A DNA stretch of 64,000 nt from a candidate division WOR-3 bacterium (GTDB lineage Bacteria > Hydrothermota > Hydrothermia > WGAB01), in NCBI GenBank assembly GCA_015490555.1, contig WFXO01000033.1, positions 898 to 64,897 of the forward strand, written 5' to 3'. The notes beneath the pieces were generated by a model, which saw nothing but the letters and a program-made list of their open reading frames with translations, was not told the DNA's origin and made no database searches. A program made the position numbers and the translations under genes. The first letter of the stretch is position 1. Every line of letters starts with the position of its first letter. Of this stretch, positions 26,283 to 36,027 are shown piece after piece.

Positions 26283-28724
26283 TTAAAACGCGTAGTCCAA
26301 ACTGAGGGAGATGGAATGGAACGGTTCCTCTTCCGAGAAACCCAACACGGTGCGACCCTCTGCTGTGTGGATCCCCTGGCCAAAAAGGCCCTGATGCTCA
26401 AAGATGGTGTTCTTGAACCGAACTTTAAACTTCAGTCCCAGATTCGGAGTTGGCCGATGGAAGATGGCCAGGTAGAATTTGGCCCCCTTGCCATAGAAGA
26501 AATCGATGCCGGTATCCTCAAAGGCCCACTGAGACATCCCCTGGGTCCGCCAAACAATATATCCTGCCTTCACTTCGGATTTATCCGACAGAGTTTTGGT
26601 AAACTGGAACGCCACGAATCCCCCATTAATCTCATCGTTCGGATAGTTCAAACGTTCCTTCAGATCTACAGATCCATAACGGGTCTCAATGCCGAAGTAA
26701 TCATAGTCTGTCAGGAGAACATACGCCCGGAACGTTGTTTCCCGGGTCAGGGACTCCGTGATTTCTACACCGCGCCGATTCCTGCGTTTTTGCCACTTCT
26801 GTCGCAATCGTAGGCGAAGGGGAAAGACCGGCCGGTACTCGATTTCTGCCTGGATCCGATAGTTTCGTAGGCCGTCGGTATTGTCTCGCCAGAGGTCCAC
26901 ATAGGCCCGAGGGATGAGCCATTTATCGGAAAACTGGTACCGGGTCTCCATGCAGATCCCCGTTTCCGGTTTCGGCATCGGAAAACTGGCCAGTTCAGAG
27001 TACAGGGGATCCAAGACCCGATATTCATATTCCAATGGTGTGTCTTCAAATCGATTGTCTTCTTGGAACGGTCTCATGTAGGGGTTAGTGTAGTTTACGG
27101 GGTAGTGGCGGAACAGAATGTTGATATAAAATGGATCGAACTGAACCCGGCCTTTTGCAAGCCAGGCGGTTCCACCTTGGAACTCGTGAGCCGCTTCCCA
27201 CTCGAAAGACACCGGAGCCCGTACCCATCGGAATTCCGCTCCAATAAACCTTTTCTTTCGGCCACCAATCCAGTAGAAAGATCCATCTTGTGGACTTAAA
27301 CGATACCGATCTCCTGGTAAATCCAGGGCTTGGAAATCCGGTTCGATCGCTTCCGGGTATCGAATTTCCATGTAACTCAACGCAATTTGCGTGCCCGTGG
27401 GGAACCAGGGTTGCGGTAAGTCATAGGTCATCCGTGTGCCCCAAAGGGTTTCCTTGATCCGGTTCTCGAAGGTCGGTGGAATGAATCGGCCGGTGTAGTA
27501 AAAATTTGGGGACCCATCGGGTTTGGGGATGAAGTGGCGGGGAGCTTGGGAGTACCAAAAAGTCGGAGAGAAGGCACCCCAACGGAATTGGGCAGCCACT
27601 CCCCGGAGATTAAAACTCCGCTGGGAGGTGAGGTCCCCATAAAGGCCCTGGGGACGATCCAAAATTCGGTCCCGGCTTTCCTCCGTGTTGTCCATCAGGA
27701 GGGCCTGTCCGAAAGTCAACCGGTAGTCCCCGATCAGAAGTCGACGCAGTATCCCCCAGTGGTCGATTCCTACAAAAGCCTTTAGAAGGGTTTGAGAACC
27801 AAGGTAAGGGGATCGTTGATAAAGAAATCCGATCTTATATCGCCCCCAGAGGCTCCATCGGGCTTTTGCCCTGAAGGAAGGCTCAGGTTTTAAAGCCTGG
27901 ACGTAAGCCTTCTCTGCGACCAATTGATCGTGAAGGTGCTGAATCTCCGACTCCGACCACCCCTGTTCTTGCAAGAGGGAGTCTAAGGCATAGGGATCCG
28001 TCGCCTCCAATTGTTGAAGGCGTTCCGAGAGGTTGCTCCCGGCTGTGGTCAGGTACGGGGAGTAGTAGGCGTCCATATGGACCCAGCCCCGCAGGGGCAC
28101 GCGCTTCAGATCCCGATATGTCAAAAAGTTCCGCATGTTCAGATACCCGTAGTGAGAGAGGCCGGGAACCCGACGGAGATCCCTTACATTGCGGAGCCGT
28201 AAGACCTTCACAAAGCGGACCACAGAGGCCGCGTCGATCAGAGAGACACGATAGAGGCTGTAGAGTTCATCAACCGTGGCTCGGTTCACATTGATAGGTT
28301 CCGTTAAAAAGCCGATCCATTCATCGAAATAACTTTCACGGGGTGCCTCCTCGCTGGCGCCTCGCTCCCGTACACGCTCTACATAGAGCGCAAAGTTTTT
28401 CCCTTCTCGTACTTTCGAGATCCGGATTACGTCACGCCAACGGGCGAGGTCACCAGGCTGGATTGTGGGGATTTTTAAGAGTTCGAAATAAGAAGTCAGA
28501 GGGCCCCGGGTTTGGATCCAGGCATAGAGACTCTCGGCCTTGGCCTGTGGGATGGAGTATTGGAGGGCAGAATCCAGAGAGATGCCCAGTTCCTGAGAGA
28601 GGGTTTCTGCGTCTTCATAGCCAATAGGCAAAGAGCGGATCTCGTTGAGAGTAGCTACATTGAGGTCCACCCCCTGGGGAGGAGCACGGAAGAACAACCA
28701 GGGTAGGAGGAGCCAGGGGGTCAC
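26283..28724 (-). CDS. Large outer-membrane protein with N-terminal ComEA-like helix-hairpin-helix repeats (function unknown)
   Basis: Signal-peptide-like N-terminus. Two HhH motifs (VDLNVATLNEIRSLPIGYEDAE and INVNRATVDELYSLYRVSLIDAASVV). About 600 aa that are Tyr/Trp/Arg-rich and beta-strand-rich. The C-terminal residue is Phe (..SLSLDYAF), which is typical of outer-membrane barrels. Confidence 0.5.
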   Translation of the reverse strand: MTPWLLLPWLFFRAPPQGVDLNVATLNEIRSLPIGYEDAETLSQELGISLDSALQYSIPQAKAESLYAWIQTRGPLTSYFELLKIPTIQPGDLARWRDVIRISKVREGKNFALYVERVRERGASEEAPRESYFDEWIGFLTEPINVNRATVDELYSLYRVSLIDAASVVRFVKVLRLRNVRDLRRVPGLSHYGYLNMRNFLTYRDLKRVPLRGWVHMDAYYSPYLTTAGSNLSERLQQLEATDPYALDSLLQEQGWSESEIQHLHDQLVAEKAYVQALKPEPSFRAKARWSLWGRYKIGFLYQRSPYLGSQTLLKAFVGIDHWGILRRLLIGDYRLTFGQALLMDNTEESRDRILDRPQGLYGDLTSQRSFNLRGVAAQFRWGAFSPTFWYSQAPRHFIPKPDGSPNFYYTGRFIPPTFENRIKETLWGTRMTYDLPQPWFPTGTQIALSYMEIRYPEAIEPDFQALDLPGDRYRLSPQDGSFYWIGGRKKRFIGAEFRWVRAPVSFEWEAAHEFQGGTAWLAKGRVQFDPFYINILFRHYPVNYTNPYMRPFQEDNRFEDTPLEYEYRVLDPLYSELASFPMPKPETGICMETRYQFSDKWLIPRAYVDLWRDNTDGLRNYRIQAEIEYRPVFPLRLRLRQKWQKRRNRRGVEITESLTRETTFRAYVLLTDYDYFGIETRYGSVDLKERLNYPNDEINGGFVAFQFTKTLSDKSEVKAGYIVWRTQGMSQWAFEDTGIDFFYGKGAKFYLAIFHRPTPNLGLKFKVRFKNTIFEHQGLFGQGIHTAEGRTVLGFSEEEPFHSISLSLDYAF

Positions 28725-28730
28725 AGACCA

Positions 28731-29594
28731 CTACCTCCGATAACTGAGGCCAAAGACATGGGTCAGAGGAAGGTCTAAAGAAAAGACGGCAGCATAGTTC
28801 AATTGAAGGGATCCGGAGGTCAAGCCGAAGCCAAGCGTTGGGGTGGTGACTTCCCCTTCTTGAGCCAACCCCAGGCGAAGAGCGATCCGGTCCTGAGCGA
28901 ACCGGATTTCTTGCCCAAAACTCAACCGTGCCGGGTGATCCATGGTCTTCTGGGCTTCCACCACTGTGGTCGCAGAGGCCCACGGCCGGTACGAAAGCCC
29001 GACGGCGATGGTTACAGGAAGAGGCTCATTGCGATAGGTGCCGTGGAGGGATGGGCGGTTGAAGTTCTGGATCGAGGCGCCCAAGGTCCAGCGGGTATTG
29101 ACCCGGCCCAGGAGTCCAAGATCGAGGCCGAAGGTGGAGGTTCCCCCAAAGCGAGGCTCTTGGAATCGGAAGAGGTGAAGATTCATGCCCAAAGCCAGCC
29201 CTTCGGTAAGGAAGCGGGCCATGCTGAAGGTCCACGCGCTCTCTCGATATGCTCCGGTATAGGCCGATTCATATCCCTGGGTTTGCAAAGAAGCGCCTGT
29301 TTCTTTGTAAGAAAAAGCGACCATTGTCCCGTGATAGGGCAGTGCGATGGATGCCTGAAGGGTCCGGAGTCCGATCCCCAATCCTCCGTAAAGGGGCTTA
29401 TAAAACGTCTCCGCCATAAACCTGGAAGTTTGAGCCAGGCCAGCAGGGTTCGTGTAGACTGCATCGATGCCGGCAGCGTACGCCACGTAGGCACCCGCCA
29501 GTGCATCGGTGACCGGACCCGCAGAGAGGTCTTCGTAGAGGGCGTCACCGGGGACAAGCCAGCCAAGGAGTAGCAAAAAAGCGAGTATTCTCAT
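28731..29594 (-). CDS. Outer-membrane beta-barrel protein of the PorQ/PorV-like (FadL-fold) family
   Basis: Signal peptide MRILAFLLLLGWLVPG. The motif ALAGAYVAYAAGIDAVYTNPAGLA resembles the PorQ/PorV/UPF0164 N-terminal signature. Alternating amphipathic beta strands. The ORF track starts at 29630. Confidence 0.45.
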   Translation of the reverse strand: MRILAFLLLLGWLVPGDALYEDLSAGPVTDALAGAYVAYAAGIDAVYTNPAGLAQTSRFMAETFYKPLYGGLGIGLRTLQASIALPYHGTMVAFSYKETGASLQTQGYESAYTGAYRESAWTFSMARFLTEGLALGMNLHLFRFQEPRFGGTSTFGLDLGLLGRVNTRWTLGASIQNFNRPSLHGTYRNEPLPVTIAVGLSYRPWASATTVVEAQKTMDHPARLSFGQEIRFAQDRIALRLGLAQEGEVTTPTLGFGLTSGSLQLNYAAVFSLDLPLTHVFGLSYRR

Positions 29595-29756
29595 GCGGCA
29601 AATTATACGTATCCACCGTGAAAAGGTCAAACAGTGACCCTTGGAGGTTTTCGGCCCTTAGGATCCATCCGTGGAAAGTGACAACGGGAAGGGTGTACAG
29701 GCTAAGGCCTTCATGGCATCGTTTCGATGTGCACTTTATAATTGAAAGCCAAAATT

Positions 29757-29832
29757 GGGGCCGTAGCTCAGTTGGGAGAGCGCCAGAATCGCACTCTGGA
29801 GGTCAGGGGTTCGAATCCCCTCGGCTCCACCA
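29757..29832 (+). tRNA. tRNA-Ala (anticodon CGC)
   Basis: Cloverleaf traced by hand. Acceptor stem GGGGCCG/CGGCTCC with the G3:U70 alanine identity pair. D-arm GCTCAGTTGGGAGAGC. Anticodon loop AT-CGC-AC. T-arm GGGGTTCGAATCCCC. CCA is encoded. Confidence 0.9.
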
Positions 29833-29858
29833 AAAATCCACTGGAGGTCCCCAAAACC

Positions 29859-32402
29859 ATGTACCCCTTCCGTGAGATCGAGGAGAAATGGCAAAAACGT
29901 TGGCGGGAAGCCCGCATTTATGACGCCCCGGACATCCCACACCGCCCCAAATACTATGTCCTGGAGATGTTCCCCTATCCCTCCGGTGACCTTCACATGG
30001 GCCACCTCAAAAACTATGTGATTGGAGATGTGGTCGCTCGAATCTTTCTCAGGAACGGATACGATGTCCTGCATCCCATGGGATGGGATGCCTTTGGACT
30101 CCCCGCGGAAAATGCCGCCATCGATCGAGGCGTAGATCCGAAAAAATGGACCTACGGCAACATTGAGACCTACCGGAACACGCTACAGCGCTTAGGGATC
30201 AGTTATGATTGGCGCCGGGAAATCGCCACGTGTGCACCGGATTACTACCGGTGGACGCAATGGCTCTTTTTGTTTTTATATCACCGGGGTCTGGCTTATC
30301 GGGCGTCCGGCCTGGTCAACTGGTGCCCACATTGTAAAACGGTCTTGGCCAATGAACAGGTCGTTGATGGCAAATGTGAGCGGTGCAAAACCCCGGTGGT
30401 CCGGAAGGAACTCGAACAGTGGTATTTCAAAATCACGGCCTATGCCCAGCGTCTCTTAGATGACTTAAAGAAACTGGAGGGTAAATGGCCCGAACAAGTC
30501 ATTAAACAGCAGATTAATTGGATTGGCCGCTCGGAAGGGACCGAAGTTCATTTTTTAGTGGACGAATGGAACGAACGGCTCCCCGCCTTTACGACCCGGA
30601 TTGACACGTTGTTTGGGGTGACCTTTGTCACCATCGCACCCGAGCATCCCTTTGTCAAAAAATACCTGGATCGGTTCCCGAACCGCGAGGCAGTCCGCCA
30701 GTATGTCGAGGCTGCGTTGAAAAAGTCGGATATCGAACGGACCGCACTGGATCGTCCCAAGACTGGGGTGGATACTGGGATCACGGTCCGACACCCTCTA
30801 ACCGGGGAACAGGTCCCCCTCTGGGTCGGGGATTATGTCCTGGCGACCTATGGGACGGGTGTGGTCATGGGCGTCCCGGCCCACGATCAACGAGATTTTG
30901 AATTCGCGAAAAAATTCGAACTGCCGATCCGCGTGGTGATTCGACCCGTAGACGGCGAAACACCGGATCCCGATGAGATGGAGGCCGCCTTTGAGGATTA
31001 TGGTGTCATGGTCAACTCCGGGGAGTTCTCCGGGCTGGATTCTAAAACGGGGATTCAGAAGGTCGGTGAGAAACTCCAGGCCCTCGGCCTTGGAGGACCC
31101 ACCGTGACCTATCGTCTCCGGGACTGGTTGATCTCCCGGCAACGGTACTGGGGGGCCCCGATTCCTATGATCCATTGTGAACGCTGTGGTGTGGTCCCGG
31201 TCCCAGAAGAGGAATTGCCTGTGCTGCTCCCCGAAAATATCCAGAGTTATCTGCCAGAAGGCCGATCTCCCTTAGAGGACGTGCCAGAGTTCATGAACAC
31301 GACCTGCCCCTCTTGCGGTGGCCCGGCCCGCCGAGATCCGGATACCATGGACACTTTTGTGGATTCCTCATGGTATTTCCTTCGGTTCATTGATCCGAAG
31401 AACGAGGAGAAGCCCTTTGACCCGGAGAAAGCCAACGCGTGGATGCCCGTGGATCAGTATATCGGCGGTGCTGAACACGCGACAAAACACCTGATTTTCG
31501 CACGGTTCATTACCAAGGCCCTATATGATGCGGGGTTGTTAGAAGTGGATGAGCCGTTTGATCGCCTCTTTACCCAGGGGCTGGTCTTGAAACGCTACTG
31601 GTACTGTCCGACATGCCACCGGTTGGTGGACGGTGAAGTCCAGGAGGGCAAACACGAAGTCTGTGATACCCCGGTGGAAGAACGGCTGGAGATGATGTCC
31701 AAGTCCCGAGGGAACATTGTCCCTGTGGGCCCCTTTGTTGCGCAGAACGGGGCGGATGTCGCGAGGATCGCGATCCTCTTCGCTGCACCGGCAGAAAAAG
31801 ATATGGAGTGGTCGGATGCGGGTGTAGAAGGAGCGCGTAGGTTCTTACAACGCATCTGGAAAATTTACCAGGAACACAAGCCCTCCGCATCGGTCAAGGT
31901 GGATCCTGAAACTTTAGGGCCTGAGGAAAAACGACTCTATATTCGACTCCAGCAGACCTTAAAGGGGGTTATGGAGGATTCCCAGGCTTTCCACTTCAAC
32001 ACAGCCATTGCTAAACTCATGGAATTTTTGAACGATCTGACGGATTTCCCGGCCAAAGACTCCCCGGTTTTTGCATATGCGCTCCGTGATTTCGTGTTGA
32101 TGTTAGCCCCCTTTGCCCCGCATCTGGCAGAGGAGTTGTGGGAACAGATGGGCGGCGAGGGGTTTGTGGCACAGATCCCGCTTCCCGAACCGGATGTCCG
32201 CTATTTGGAGGAAGAGACTGTCGTCATCCCGGTCCAAGTCAACGGTCGGGTCCGCGCCCGTCTTAAAGTTCCCCGCGGGCTTCCCCAGGAAGACATCGTG
32301 GAACGGGCATTGGCCAATGAGAACATCCAGCGGTACGTCCAGAACAAATCCATTCGGAAGGTCATCTATATTCCAGACCGGTTGCTGAACCTTGTGGTCT
32401 AA
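29859..32402 (+). CDS. leuS: Leucyl-tRNA synthetase
   Basis: HMGH motif (PYPSGDLHMGHL), the CP1 editing domain, and a KMSKS-type motif (MSKSRGN). The ORF-track start at 29742 reads through the tRNA-Ala gene. The conserved start is MYPFREIEEKWQKRW at 29859. Confidence 0.9.
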   Translation: MYPFREIEEKWQKRWREARIYDAPDIPHRPKYYVLEMFPYPSGDLHMGHLKNYVIGDVVARIFLRNGYDVLHPMGWDAFGLPAENAAIDRGVDPKKWTYGNIETYRNTLQRLGISYDWRREIATCAPDYYRWTQWLFLFLYHRGLAYRASGLVNWCPHCKTVLANEQVVDGKCERCKTPVVRKELEQWYFKITAYAQRLLDDLKKLEGKWPEQVIKQQINWIGRSEGTEVHFLVDEWNERLPAFTTRIDTLFGVTFVTIAPEHPFVKKYLDRFPNREAVRQYVEAALKKSDIERTALDRPKTGVDTGITVRHPLTGEQVPLWVGDYVLATYGTGVVMGVPAHDQRDFEFAKKFELPIRVVIRPVDGETPDPDEMEAAFEDYGVMVNSGEFSGLDSKTGIQKVGEKLQALGLGGPTVTYRLRDWLISRQRYWGAPIPMIHCERCGVVPVPEEELPVLLPENIQSYLPEGRSPLEDVPEFMNTTCPSCGGPARRDPDTMDTFVDSSWYFLRFIDPKNEEKPFDPEKANAWMPVDQYIGGAEHATKHLIFARFITKALYDAGLLEVDEPFDRLFTQGLVLKRYWYCPTCHRLVDGEVQEGKHEVCDTPVEERLEMMSKSRGNIVPVGPFVAQNGADVARIAILFAAPAEKDMEWSDAGVEGARRFLQRIWKIYQEHKPSASVKVDPETLGPEEKRLYIRLQQTLKGVMEDSQAFHFNTAIAKLMEFLNDLTDFPAKDSPVFAYALRDFVLMLAPFAPHLAEELWEQMGGEGFVAQIPLPEPDVRYLEEETVVIPVQVNGRVRARLKVPRGLPQEDIVERALANENIQRYVQNKSIRKVIYIPDRLLNLVV

Positions 32403-32514
32403 AGCCATCCCCTGTCCACTTCGACCCCCTGTCGGCTCCGCTCTCCGCGGGAGAGATTTCAAGAGATCTTAAGACAAGTTCATCGTTCATTTTGCGACCA
32501 GGAGGTCAGATGAA

Positions 32515-33780
32515 ATGAAGGTTTTGGTCATTGGATCCGGTGGGCGGGAGCACGCGTTGGCATGGGGACTCCATCGTTCGGGGGCAACCGTCGGGATTCT
32601 TCCGGGAAATGCCGGGACACTCAGAGAAGGCGTCAACTTCTCCGGTTCTTGGAAGGACCGTGCGTCTGTCCAGCAGGTGATAGAAGCATTCCGCCCAGAT
32701 CTCGTGGTTTTGGGGCCCGAGGCTCCGATTGCGGAAGGGCTTGTGGATTGGATCCGACAGACTTTCCGGATCCCCGTTTTCGCACCTCCCCAAAAGACGG
32801 CTTTTCTTGAGGCGTCCAAGATCCAAGCAAAAGAATTCATGGCGCGGAATGGCATCCCAACGGCTTCATTTGAGACGCATACGGATCTCCATTCGGCTCT
32901 GAAGAGTGTTGAGCAGTGGCCCACCTGGCCAGTCGTCATCAAAGCCGATGGTCTGGCGGGGGGCAAAGGGGTGGTGATCGCACCCGACAAAACAACGGCG
33001 ACGCAAACATTGATCGACTTCATGGAGAAGGGGAAATTTGGCCCAGCCTCTCAACGGGTGGTCCTGGAAACATACCTTGAGGGTTATGAGGCCTCCGTCT
33101 TCGTTTTGATTGATTCCGAATACCGGTACCAGGTCTTGGGCGACGCCATGGACTACAAACGGCTCCTCGATGGAGACCGAGGGCCGAACACCGGAGGGAT
33201 GGGGGCGATCTCCCCACATCCCAAACTCAGCCACGCAGAGCGTCAACAGATTCTGGACCGTGTGATCAGGCCGACGATTGAGGGGTTGAAAAAGGAATGG
33301 TTCCCTTATTCTGGGGTCCTATATTTCGGCCTGATGATCACCGATCACGGCCCCTATGTTCTGGAATACAACATTCGGTTTGGCGATCCTGAGGCCCAGG
33401 TCTTGATTCCCAGGCTCAAGGGAGACTTTGCGCGTTTGCTTTACCGGTACGCCACAGCCTCGAATGGAGAGAGCGAGGTTCAGACCGACGAGCATCTCCA
33501 TGCAGTCACCGTCATTTTAGCCTCCCAGGGGTACCCCGTTCAGTATGAGACCGGCAAGGTGATCGAGGGTCTGGAGGATCTCCGGGACCAGCCGAATGTT
33601 TTGATTTTCCACGCAGGGACGAGCCTTCAGGGCCAAAAGGTCGTGACGGCGGGGGGCCGGGTTCTCAATGTCGTGGGGCTCGGTACGACGTTAAGTGAGG
33701 CACGCACCCATGCGTATCAGGCCGTTCAAAAGATTCGATTCGAGGGGATGACATACCGAACGGATATTGCCGCGTTTTAG
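32515..33780 (+). CDS. purD: Phosphoribosylamine--glycine ligase
   Basis: MKVLVIGSGGREHALAW N-terminus and an ATP-grasp core. Confidence 0.9.
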   Translation: MKVLVIGSGGREHALAWGLHRSGATVGILPGNAGTLREGVNFSGSWKDRASVQQVIEAFRPDLVVLGPEAPIAEGLVDWIRQTFRIPVFAPPQKTAFLEASKIQAKEFMARNGIPTASFETHTDLHSALKSVEQWPTWPVVIKADGLAGGKGVVIAPDKTTATQTLIDFMEKGKFGPASQRVVLETYLEGYEASVFVLIDSEYRYQVLGDAMDYKRLLDGDRGPNTGGMGAISPHPKLSHAERQQILDRVIRPTIEGLKKEWFPYSGVLYFGLMITDHGPYVLEYNIRFGDPEAQVLIPRLKGDFARLLYRYATASNGESEVQTDEHLHAVTVILASQGYPVQYETGKVIEGLEDLRDQPNVLIFHAGTSLQGQKVVTAGGRVLNVVGLGTTLSEARTHAYQAVQKIRFEGMTYRTDIAAF

Positions 33781-34502
33781 GACTCAGTTCGAACGCCGAG
33801 GACCTCTTTTTGGATCCGGATCAGTTTTTCAATCGCGGGCCAGGCTTTCTCCACCATTTTCTGAAGATCCCGAGGATCAAAAGGCTCTCCTTCTGCCGTC
33901 CCTTGGATTTCAACAATTTTCTTGGATTCTGTCATGGCTAAATTGAGGTCCACTTCTGCTTCCACATCTTGTTCGTAGGAGAGGTCCACTACAATCTCAT
34001 GGTGGAGGATGCCGACCGAGACGGCAGCCACGAATTCTCGGACCGGCCAGGTTTCAATGAGGTGATTCTGATGCATGAATCGAATCGCATCGTACAAGGC
34101 AACGAATCCCCCGGTAATGGCAGCGGTTCGGGTGCCGCCATCGGCCTGAATGACATCACAGTCCACGATAATGGTGTATTCTCCCAACGCACGGAGATCG
34201 ACCGCTGCGCGGAGTGCGCGTCCGATAACCCTGGAAATTTCGACGGATCGGGAATCCGGGCGGACCAACTGGCTGTCTCGCACTTTGCGGACCCGGGTCG
34301 CCCTCGGCAACAGCGCATATTCTGCGGTAATCCACCCCTCTCCAGAACCCCGCCGCCAGGCAGGCACAGTGTCCAAAACCGTTGCTGCACAAAGCACCCG
34401 TGTGTTTCCAACCTCAATCAATGCAGACCCTTCGGCATCTCGAAGATAGTTTCGGGTGATCTGGACAGGTCGCAGCCCGACTTCATCTCTCGGTTCCATC
34501 AT
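33777..34502 (-). CDS. rph: Ribonuclease PH
   Basis: RNase PH signature (...GSALIEVGNTRVLC..., CDVIQADGGTRTA). It overlaps purD convergently by 4 nt. Confidence 0.9.
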   Translation of the reverse strand: MMEPRDEVGLRPVQITRNYLRDAEGSALIEVGNTRVLCAATVLDTVPAWRRGSGEGWITAEYALLPRATRVRKVRDSQLVRPDSRSVEISRVIGRALRAAVDLRALGEYTIIVDCDVIQADGGTRTAAITGGFVALYDAIRFMHQNHLIETWPVREFVAAVSVGILHHEIVVDLSYEQDVEAEVDLNLAMTESKKIVEIQGTAEGEPFDPRDLQKMVEKAWPAIEKLIRIQKEVLGVRTES

Positions 34503-34593
34503 CGCCTCCTTGGTTCCTGTGGGGGAGGACGCACTCCCGTTTGAACAGCGGTTAAAGTGTCCAGGATTTTCAAAGGATTGTCAAAACGTCAAG

Positions 34594-34622
34594 TTGACCC
34601 CATTTTGCCGCACCCCTATATT
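34594..34622 (+). promoter_or_regulatory. Sigma-70-type promoter for cysS: -35 TTGACC, 17-nt spacer, -10 TATATT. The -10 box ends 7 nt before the ATG.
   Basis: Read directly from the sequence. The spacing places the transcription start at or within 1-2 nt of the cysS ATG (34630), which implies a leaderless mRNA. There is no Shine-Dalgarno between the -10 box and the ATG. Confidence 0.45.
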
Positions 34623-34629
34623 AAAGGGC

Positions 34630-36027
34630 ATGCAGCTTTATAACACGTTAACTCGGAAAAAAGAGGCTTTTGAACCCCTGAACCCGCCCAAAGTGGGGAT
34701 CTACATGTGCGGTATGACCGTCCAAGACCGTCCCCACCTCGGGCACATGCGAGCCTTTCTGGCCGGTGATGTCCTACGACGCTACCTGGAGTACAAAGGC
34801 TACGACGTCTCTTATATCCAAAACTTCACAGACATCGACGACAAAATCATCCATCGAGCACGACGGGAAAACGTCGATTGGCGACAAATTGCAGAACGGA
34901 ACATCACGGAGTACTTACGTGCGGCAGAGGCGATGAATTTTAAACCCGCCACCTTCTTCCCCCGTGCGACTCTTCATATCCAGGAGATCATCGAGACCGT
35001 TCAGACCCTGATGGATCAAGGGATTGCTTATCCAGCCGGGGATTCCATCTATTTTGACATCTCCAAGTTCCCCTCCTATGGGAAACTCTCCGGGAAGAAA
35101 CTCGAGGACCTTTTGGCAGGCTATCGAGTCGAGCCGGCACCTGGGAAGCGAAACCCGGCGGATTTTGCACTCTGGAAAGGGTGGAAAGAGGGGGAGCCTT
35201 ATTGGCATAGCCCCTTTGGGAAGGGCCGCCCTGGCTGGCATATCGAATGCTCGGTGATGTCAACCCATTACCTCGGACAACCCTTTGATATCCACGGTGG
35301 CGGATCCGATTTGATCTTCCCCCACCACGAAAACGAGATTGCTCAGGCGGAAGCGGCACACGGCAAAGCCTTTGCTCGCTATTGGTTCCACGTGGGGTTC
35401 GTCAAACAGGCCGGGGAGAAGATGTCGAAATCTACGGGCCTGTTCACCCCCATCACCGATCTTCTTCAGCGTTACTCCAGCCAGGCCATCCGACACTACC
35501 TCTTAAGTACCCATTATCGGACTCCCATTGACTTCGAAATGGAGCACCTGGACCGGTCAGAACGGGCAATGGAGCGGATCACCAACTTTTTACGAAAGGC
35601 GCCAGATCCCAAAAATCCCGTCGAAGAGATGGTGAAATCTCCGGAACTTCAAGACTGGCTCCAAAAATTCGAACAGGCCATGGACGATGATCTCAATACA
35701 CCGGGCGGACTGGCCGTGATCTTCGAAATGGTTCGACAGGGGAACGAAGCCCTCCAAGCCCAGCGGGGGGACGATGCGGCAGCGTTGAAAGCCGGGATGA
35801 TCTTCCTCATGAACGTTCTTGGATTCCGGCTCGAGGAGAAGGAACGGACCGATCTATGGGTTGATGACCTCCTGGGCTTGATCGTCGAAGTTCGCCAAAT
35901 CCTCCGACAGGAGAAGCGATTTGACCTCGCAGATCTGATTCGAGATCGTCTTAAGGCCTTGGGGGTTGTCTTAGAGGATACCCCCTCGGGAACACTGTGG
36001 ACCATCAAAGGGAGTCCTTCGTCATGA
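34630..36027 (+). CDS. cysS: Cysteinyl-tRNA synthetase
   Basis: MQLYNTLTRKKE start, HLGH motif (PHLGHMRAF), KMSKS (KMSKSTG). The ORF track begins at 34456, upstream of the conserved start. Confidence 0.9.
   Translation: MQLYNTLTRKKEAFEPLNPPKVGIYMCGMTVQDRPHLGHMRAFLAGDVLRRYLEYKGYDVSYIQNFTDIDDKIIHRARRENVDWRQIAERNITEYLRAAEAMNFKPATFFPRATLHIQEIIETVQTLMDQGIAYPAGDSIYFDISKFPSYGKLSGKKLEDLLAGYRVEPAPGKRNPADFALWKGWKEGEPYWHSPFGKGRPGWHIECSVMSTHYLGQPFDIHGGGSDLIFPHHENEIAQAEAAHGKAFARYWFHVGFVKQAGEKMSKSTGLFTPITDLLQRYSSQAIRHYLLSTHYRTPIDFEMEHLDRSERAMERITNFLRKAPDPKNPVEEMVKSPELQDWLQKFEQAMDDDLNTPGGLAVIFEMVRQGNEALQAQRGDDAAALKAGMIFLMNVLGFRLEEKERTDLWVDDLLGLIVEVRQILRQEKRFDLADLIRDRLKALGVVLEDTPSGTLWTIKGSPSS

Noticed and set aside
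25974-26813. 279-aa plus-strand ORF
   Set aside because: Antisense to acpS and to the 5' end of the 813-aa outer-membrane-protein gene. Both of those are better supported.
28803-29573. 256-aa plus-strand ORF opposite the PorQ-like gene
   Set aside because: The minus-strand product has a signal peptide, the NPAGLA motif and barrel periodicity. The plus-strand product is low-complexity Gly/Arg/Pro-rich.
29742-29858. N-terminal 39-aa extension of the leuS ORF
   Set aside because: It runs through the tRNA-Ala gene. The conserved LeuS N-terminus (MYPFREIEEKW) starts at 29859.
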